A stretch of 64,000 nt of DNA from assembly GCA_025558095.1 (NCBI GenBank), contig JAIVFI010000004.1:558001-622000 (forward strand), given 5' to 3'. Position numbers and translations under genes: made by a program. Of the stretch, positions 56,991 to 64,000 are shown piece by piece. The stretch comes from Hyaloraphidium curvatum SAG 235-1 (taxonomy: Eukaryota > Fungi > Monoblepharomycota). Numbering within the stretch: the first letter of the stretch is position 1; each line of letters starts with the position of its first letter. The notes under the pieces were generated by a model. It searched no databases, was not told the origin of the DNA, and saw nothing but the letters and a program-made list of their open reading frames with translations.

Positions 56991-58139
56991 CGAAGTCAAG
57001 CGAAACTGTCGGCAGGCGCAGCGTGCGAGCGCCGCGGTCGGGCAAGGTGAAGACCCGGCTCGCGGGGTTGGAATGGTATCGAGCTGCAGGACAGTTCCCG
57101 CGGCGTTGCGTCGGGGTCCGCTTTCCAGAATTGTCAGGAGACCCGTGAGGTTGGTTGGCTCGAAACCGGGCGTGATCATGAGGACCCTCCACAGCCGAAC
57201 TCCGACGCAAGCGCGGCGGCCGAAATCCAGATGTAAAGAATGCAAAGCAATCTAATGAGCTTGTTCGGATGGATTCGCTTTGATTTCGTGCGCTGCCCTG
57301 CTAGATCATGCATGCTGGAGTTGCATTTTCAAGCACGCACGAGCCAGCGGGCTGCACCCGTTGCCGGCCCCCCGGTCGACGCCAAAAATGGCAAATTCGG
57401 TAGGACGATTGGCGAAGAGGATGTTGCATTGTCGTGGCAGTGCAGTTGGACTGGGAAGCAAGTCTCTTCCGACCACGCTTTCGCTCCTTGTTCTGGCTAG
57501 GTCACGGAGCGCATCCTGCCGAAGATGCTTTCTTCTTGTTCTTTGCTACGGAAACCATGCTGTTTTGCGGTGACAAACATACCTTTCGACGTATTCACAT
57601 GAGAGGGGGGATGTGTCCGGGGCCCCAGCCACTCGCCACTAAAGATCCAAACACAGAGCTCCAAAGACCCACGGGCATCGGTGGGCATCGGCCACCGAGG
57701 ACGCCATAAGCACCGCCGAAAACTCATTAATTGTGACAGCAGATTCGTTCTGCCGCCTTCCGGTCGCACCTGCCCGACGCATCGCGGACTGCCGAACTGC
57801 TCCGCGAGCGCACCGCTGACACCAGTACCACAAGAGGTTAGCATTGCCGCCCGGCACGTCGCGATGCGGCACGGGAGAGCTCTCTTCAACGGGTTTTGGG
57901 AGCGGAGGCACGATCGAAAGGGCTCGGCCGCCGCCACGAGAGCGCGGCGGCCTTGTTTGGATCGTCGCCCGCGCCACCACGGCCACCCCAAACGGGCCGC
58001 CACGACCCGTTCGGCGCCCGTCGGGGTGTTATTTGGACCTGTTTATTGCGGCTCCGGTGTCGGTCTGTCCCAGGAGCCCTTCCTGACCTCTACGCGTATC
58101 TCTGCAGGGGGCCGGCCCGACCTCGACCGAGTCAGCACG

Positions 58140-61100
58140 ATGATGCGCAACGTGACCCTCCTGCACAGGAGGAAAAAGTCGGACTCGCCCGGGAAGCTCA
58201 CCAAGCAGCTCGCGGGCGGCGAACCGACTTCGTCTTCCATGGGCGACCGCTCCACCAACGCGTCGGCCATCTTTCCTTCGAACAACAACTCGACGGCCAA
58301 CCTTTCTCGCGTTCCCACCCTGGTCGGCGCGCATGGCCTTGCAAGGAGCGCTATTTCCGTTCCCGGATTTGAGATGAACCTCATCAAGCCCAGTGCCGGC
58401 GACTTCGAGAACGATTCGGCGAAGGCGTGGTGCGAAGCCCTCACCAACGGCGACATGGCCGCTCTTACTTCGCAGCTGAAGAGCGAGAACGGTTGCGAAG
58501 TCGACCGGATTGTCGACGACGTGAGTGGCCTGGGACTTGGGATGCGACGCTCAGCCTCTCATGTTCCGTCGTCACCGACCAGCAAAACCATACTGGCCTC
58601 ATGTTCGCCGCCCAGGAAGGGCGTGACGATATCGTGCGTCTGCTCCTCAACAACCGGGCGGATTTGAAGAATGTGGACATCGAGGGAAGGAGCCCGCTGA
58701 TTTGGGCTGCAAGCTGGGGCCGCGAGTCCAGTGAGCTGTCGATGAGCTCGGTTTGTTGTCCGCCATCTCACTCCATCATTTTAGCTGTGACCATGCTCCT
58801 TGACCGCGGCGCCATCGTGGATCATGTCGACAAGCGGGGCTGGACCGCCATCATGTACAGTGCCAGCCTCGGGTTCGAGGGCATCGTGGACCGGCTGCTC
58901 GACTCGGGTGCCAAATACCTCACCGCGGATAGGAGGCTGCCGTCTCCCCTGCAGCTGGCTGCGCGCAATGGGTTCACCGCGTACGTGCTTCAACTCAATC
59001 TCCCGCTCTGTGCCTTGTTGACAGATGGTCTTCCATCGCAGCGTCGTACAGACTCTGGTCGATCGCTACCCCCAAGTCGAGCACCTCAACTGGGCCGATT
59101 ATCGCGGGTGGTCCGCACTCACCGAAGCTGCTGCGAACGGCAGGCTCGATGTTCTGCGCCTTCTGCTGGACCGCGGTGCCGACATCCTCACCACGGACGA
59201 GAACCGCCGCACGATCATTCACGTTGCCTCGCTGCGCGGTCACATCGATATCGTGCGCTTCATTCTCAACCTGAAGAAGGAGATGATTGACGCCGTGGAT
59301 GCTTTCGGAGCTACTCCTCTTCTGGTTGCCCTGGATCAGAGCCGCGTGGACGTTGCCGGCCTTCTCATCATCAAGGGTGCCGATCTCAAGAAGCAGGATC
59401 GGGAAGGATTCACCCCCGCCCACGTCGCTACTCTGGCCGGTTCGGTGGAGACCCTCAAGGTCCTCTGCAAGTCGGACAAGAACATTTTGGAAGCATGGGA
59501 CTTCCGTGGGCGGACCCCGCTGCTGCTTGCGGCCGGGCAGGGGAACCTGGAGGTGAGTTGCTTCAAACAATCATGTCGAGGCTACGGCTGACGCGACGTC
59601 CGGAATCAGGTGGTCAAGTTCTTGGTCAACGAGGGCGTGAACACCAAGTGCACGGACCAGCTTGGTCGCAACGCCATCATGCTGGCAGCCATCGCAGGCC
59701 ACAGTGCCATCGTCAAGTACCTGCTTGAAAAGCAGCCAGCCCTGATCAACGTGACGGACAACAACTGCAACCCGCCCGTGGACTTGGCCGGCTCGGAGCA
59801 GGTCCGGACCCTTCTCTCCGCAACCCCTTACAACACCGAGCACTACGTCACGGAGCGCCTGGACAAGATCAACCGGCGGACCAGGGAGCTTGCGTCGTAC
59901 AAGCCCGGAGTCTTCGAAAGCTGCGACGAGGAATTCAGCGTCATCCGTAGCACCATGCGCAAGTCCCGCCCGGACAAGGTCCTCAAGTTCGTGACCAAGG
60001 TCCTGGCCTCCGCCGTCACGAGGCCGCTGTGTGATTTCGACACCGTCGATCCCCCGGCCATGAAGATCCAAGCTCTCGTCAACCGCATCACTGCGGAGGA
60101 GCAGGCGACGGAGCCCTCGATCGAGGAGCAGGTCGACGCCGTGCGGCACAGGGGCAGGCTTCTGATCATGATGAACGAGCGCTGCCACCGCAAGCGCGAA
60201 GTTATGGACGCCGTTGCTGGCCGTATCGAACAGGACTCCATCAAGCCGGTCGTTGCCAGCATCCAGGATTTGGAGGGCCAGATCGCATGGTGGCAGGAGC
60301 AGAAGAAGACCCTTGCTGAGGAGCGCGAGGCATACAGCGAAGGCCTCCAGAACCTGGTTCAGCTCATCGAGCCCATCAAGATCCGCTTCGGATTCCAGAA
60401 CGACGGCGTCGAGCTCAAGTCCCTGGAGCTCTTTGAGAAGGAGTTCAACAGACAGTCCGACATTTTCCACAGCAACTTTTCCGAGAAGACTTCCGACGTA
60501 GGGCCAGGTTGCGCCGCCGTAGACGCCAGCACCTGACACCTCTCCCCCTTGTTCAGCTTTCGGAAGACGTCAACATGCTGCAGATCGTCCTCCGGGTGAT
60601 CGAGACTCAGACGTCGCAAATGGGCGCCAAGTTTGGCGAGGAGCTTTCTGCTAGCATCAAGGAGTTCGACCAGGCCAGGGGATCCTACAACGAAGCGTGG
60701 GTGTCAGACTCCCGCTCCCTTTGGATTTGCTTGACCGTGCATCGCAGCTGGAGCAAGGTCCACGCCCAGGTCGAGGCCGCGTTCAATGCCGTCTCCAAGC
60801 AGCTTGCAGACACGCAAGCCCAATTCGAGCTCATCAGCGCACAGAATCCGCTCGGCGAGATCCGGAAGAGCTATCTTACAGTTCTGAACAGGCTCGACGC
60901 CGAGCGCGCGTTCCACGAGCGTCTTCTCCAGAGGCTCTCGGCTGTCCAGGAGGACGTGGCGCTGCTGGCGCCCCCGGCCATGGCAAACTCCAACGCAGTG
61001 CAACAGCAGGAGGTGGATGGTGCAGAATCGATTGTGGCTGCGGCCGAAGGCACGGAGACGGCGGACAGCGCCCCGCCATCCAACGAGCAGGCCGCCGAGG

Positions 61101-61732
61101 AGGCGCCTGTGCCGCGCGAGACTGCGTTCGACGCCGCCAAGGCAGCCGAGCGCAGCGACAAGTACAAGTCCCTCTTCTTCTTCGAGCAGGACACGCTTAG
61201 GGCAGCCGAGGGCGAGGATTCCCAGGGGTCGGCGTCGTCGAGGATTGCCCCGGTCTTGAAGGCTTCCAGCGTCACCGAGATGGTGGTTCCGCCGGAGCTG
61301 GTGGTGGAAGTTCCGATCGTCACCGCCTCGGATGCTGGTCTCGGTGTCGCCGGCGATTCGATCCCGGTGGTTGCCATCACCCCGTTCTCGAGAGGCTCCT
61401 CGCTCCAGGACATTGTGGTCCCTGATGCTGTCGGAGAATCGCCCGTATCGGAAGCATCGGACGCGACGCTGCTGAAGGGCTCGGCACCGAAGGTGCCCGC
61501 CAGGCCGCGGAAGGCCAGCGCTGGCAAGGGACCCGAGGGTGTCCCTTCCATCATCCCTGCGCGCTTCGTGCAGTCGCTTGCCAACGCGGAGGCCGGGAAG
61601 TCAGCCTCCATCCGGGCCATGCGGGACTCGCATTCGGTTTCGAAGATGTTGAAGCAGTTTGAGCAGGCGTCGGTCGCGGACGAGTCGATCCCGTCTCCCC
61701 GCTCTCGTTCGGTTTCCGGCCAGCGGCCGTAG
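58140..61732 (+). CDS. Multi-ankyrin-repeat protein with C-terminal coiled coil and disordered tail
   Basis: TGLMFAAQEG, SPLIWAASWG, TAIMYSA, TPLLVA, TPAHVA, TPLLLAAGQG across successive exons separated by ~6 short GT-AG introns. Confidence 0.85.
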
Positions 61733-61835
61733 AGTCAGATACCAGATACCACGATACCCCAATGATATTGATTCGGACGTTGTGAACAGATGTAGCAGAC
61801 CTTCAAGATCGAGATCGGAATAGATCGACAAGAGA

Positions 61836-62265
61836 TCACTTCCATTCCTCGCCCATCAGAGGCCCCTTGATGCCCTCGACATCCATGCCCAAGATCCTGT
61901 CCCCATCCATCGGTGCCTTGATTTGGTTGTCGATCTGAGCGTCAGGTGGTCAGCGGTGTCTGGGAGCAGAAAGGGTGCGAAGGCGACCTGGACGTTTTGT
62001 TCTCCGCTCTTGCCATCCCACTCGTATCCAGCAATATCTTCCGCCCGGTGGTTCAAATATGGCCGATGGAGCCTCGAGTGGGGAGGCTTTGAAGTGGTTT
62101 GGATCCGCGATCCTGCGTCAAGTGAGTGAACGACTTTGCGACCGCCAGACACCGCCTACCGCCTTCCGTTTCGGTGATCTTGTTGAGAACTCCACCGGGC
62201 GCGCTCGGCATGCTGGCGGGGGTACCCTTGAAGCCTTTGCCGGCCTCCTCGGGTTCGGTCCCCAT
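61836..62265 (-). CDS. Small orphan 109-aa hydrophilic protein (3 exons; missed by the ORF track)
   Basis: Introns 62113-62159 and 61935-61987, with branch points, splice in frame: MGTEPEEAGKG...ETEGGSRIQ...EQNVQIDNQIK...MGEEWK*. Confidence 0.6.
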
Positions 62266-62878
62266 CTTGGTCTCCTTCCGCTTTCCATCGCTCCCGACAC
62301 GGAAGATCCACGTGAAGTCTCGCTCAGACCTCTGACGGAGGCACAGATCGGAAGTCGGACCCGGCGGAGGGCAAGGAGGCGGCTCATTCCTTTTACGGTG
62401 ATGAGCTGGCACCGCGCCCGGCGGACACCGGTACAACAAGCGAACGCGCTGATCGAGCGTCCACTCCAACGAGCCAACACGCTGATCGAGCGTCCATCCC
62501 CAACGTTGTCTTCCCCGTGTCCGCATTCACTAGCTGGCATCCCACATGGCGAGTTCGTCGCTAGGAAACGCCTACATCCCATGCACCCCGGAAGGGTGAA
62601 AGCAGACAGGATGGAGATGGCACGACCGAGTCAGAACATATGAATAAACAGTTCTCAGTGTTCGATTGCTGGCGAATAGACACCGCTGTGAACCTCCGGA
62701 ATGACGAAATGGCACTGCTATGTGGTGTTCGAAAACGGGCTGAGCAGTATTACCCGCCGCGGATCTTCCACCTGGACCCGGTGCGGCCCCGCCGCAGCAC
62801 GCCGGGCCACATAAAAGCGGTACGGCGACACTGCTCTCCACCGCGCGACACACTCCGCCTCGCTCTCCGCCAACCGCA

Positions 62879-63489
62879 ATGGGTCTCTACGATGATGATA
62901 ACGCTGATATCACGAGCGGCGACCTCGTCGACGTTGGTTACTGGCAGGTGAGCGCGTCGCGTCGCGGCGGAGTTGACCAGCGGACTAAACGGGTGTTCCG
63001 CAGGCCAAATTCGAGGCCGAACGGCTCGAGGCAGCGCTGAAGAGCAAGCAGAACGAGGGCTACATCCGCACCCTCCTCCCATCCGTGATCTCGCTCTCGG
63101 CGGACGTGCTGCGCACCTACCCGAACCACGCCGCCGTCAAGGGCTGGAAGGAGAAGGCGGAGAAGATCCAGCCGAAGATCAACCCCAGTGCTCTTGAGGA
63201 GCCAGTCAAAGATAACTTCAAATATTGGAAAGTTCAATGTCGACCGCTCTCTGTGATCGCGGCCCCTGACACACGCTGCAGGGGTCAGCACAGCTACGAG
63301 GCTGGCTACCGGCACTCCGGCATTGCTCGCTGCGCTGCCGCCGACGGCCAGGGGACCCTGGCAAAGTCGCACGCGCGCGACGCTGTCACCCAGCTCACCC
63401 GCGCCGAGGCCGCCATGGAGAGCTGGCCCGAGGACGTGCAGGCCTGGGTCAAGAGCACGCTGGCGGAGATGCAGAAGATCGTGGGCTGA
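62879..63489 (+). CDS. Hypothetical helical protein
   Basis: MGLYDDDNAD..GYWQ, intron 62948-63003, then AKFEAERLE... in frame with ORF 63085-63489; a possible second intron near 63232-63281 is unresolved. Confidence 0.7.
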
Positions 63490-63567
63490 GAGTGATGGGC
63501 TGGATGCCGCCGAAAAAGCTCGTGATACCTTGTATCCCATCGTTGATCTCCGTAATCTATTGATCCT

Positions 63568-64000
63568 TTACCGCTTCGCCTTGCGGGCAAACTTGACCTT
63601 GGACGACGCCTTCTTCACCCCCCGCTGCGCGGCGCCGACGATCTTCTTGAACGTCGCTGCGGCCTTGACGCCCTTTCGCTTGTTCCCCACGATCGTCCGC
63701 GTCAGCGGGATGTAAGCGTGCGGATCCGGCATCCCCGCGCGCTTCACGTCGCCGCTGGCCTTCTTGGCCTTGTATTGCTTGCCCAGCATCCGCGCGACGT
63801 CGGGATTGTCCAGCAGCTTGGACTTCTTGGCCGCGCGCCTCGCGTCGAACGCGTTCTGTCGCTGCTCGGGCCAGGCTCCCTTGCCGGGCTTTTCAGGGTC
63901 GGCGTCGAAAGTCTCGGCCGCCTTGCCCTTCTTCTTGCCCGTCGAGAACTTGACCCTGCCCTCGCTCGTCCGCGCAAACGACGCCTCGCCCGTCATGGCT
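63568..64000 (-). CDS. RRP12: RRP12 ribosome biogenesis protein, C-terminal end (partial)
   Basis: GRVKF..., YKAKKASGDVKRAGMPDPHAYIPL, FKKIVGAAQRG match the conserved RRP12 C-terminus. Confidence 0.8.
   Translation of the reverse strand, partial: AMTGEASFARTSEGRVKFSTGKKKGKAAETFDADPEKPGKGAWPEQRQNAFDARRAAKKSKLLDNPDVARMLGKQYKAKKASGDVKRAGMPDPHAYIPLTRTIVGNKRKGVKAAATFKKIVGAAQRGVKKASSKVKFARKAKR

Overview
GC-rich, gene-dense eukaryotic DNA with short (about 45-76 bp) GT-AG introns and CTGAC/CTGAT-type branch points. A Zn2Cys6 transcription factor occurs together with a DP (E2F-partner) gene and an iGluR-like channel, which suggests an early-diverging fungus (inference). The dominant structure is a ~25-kb tandem array (3542-28466) with a 3245-bp core period. 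It holds six copies of an orphan spliced gene 'A' (one divergent, four near-identical, one broken) and two copies of a diverged paralog 'B', joined by a near-identical ~1.9-kb terminator/promoter spacer, plus one empty unit. Protein A reads as an amphipathic N-terminal peptide, poly-Gly, VxGxQxxx octapeptide repeats, a Q-rich segment, a coiled coil, [VI]-x-[AV]-x-x pentapeptide repeats and a beta-rich head with a variable loop. This resembles a trimeric phage spike/tail-fibre design and is the best candidate for an undescribed system. The rest of the window holds single-copy genes: DP, an orphan zinc-finger gene, an alpha/beta-hydrolase relic, Zn2Cys6 TF, ankyrin-SEC-C-MYND, a small HNH-like gene, GT4/GT2 fusion, DEAD-box helicase, RNA 3'-phosphate cyclase, GFA/Mss4-like, a secreted Cys-rich protein, Rieske, class-3 lipase, iGluR-like channel, GT49, C2H2 TF, ankyrin/coiled-coil, two small orphans and the RRP12 3' end. 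All gene models and homologies are by-eye readings; no searches were run.
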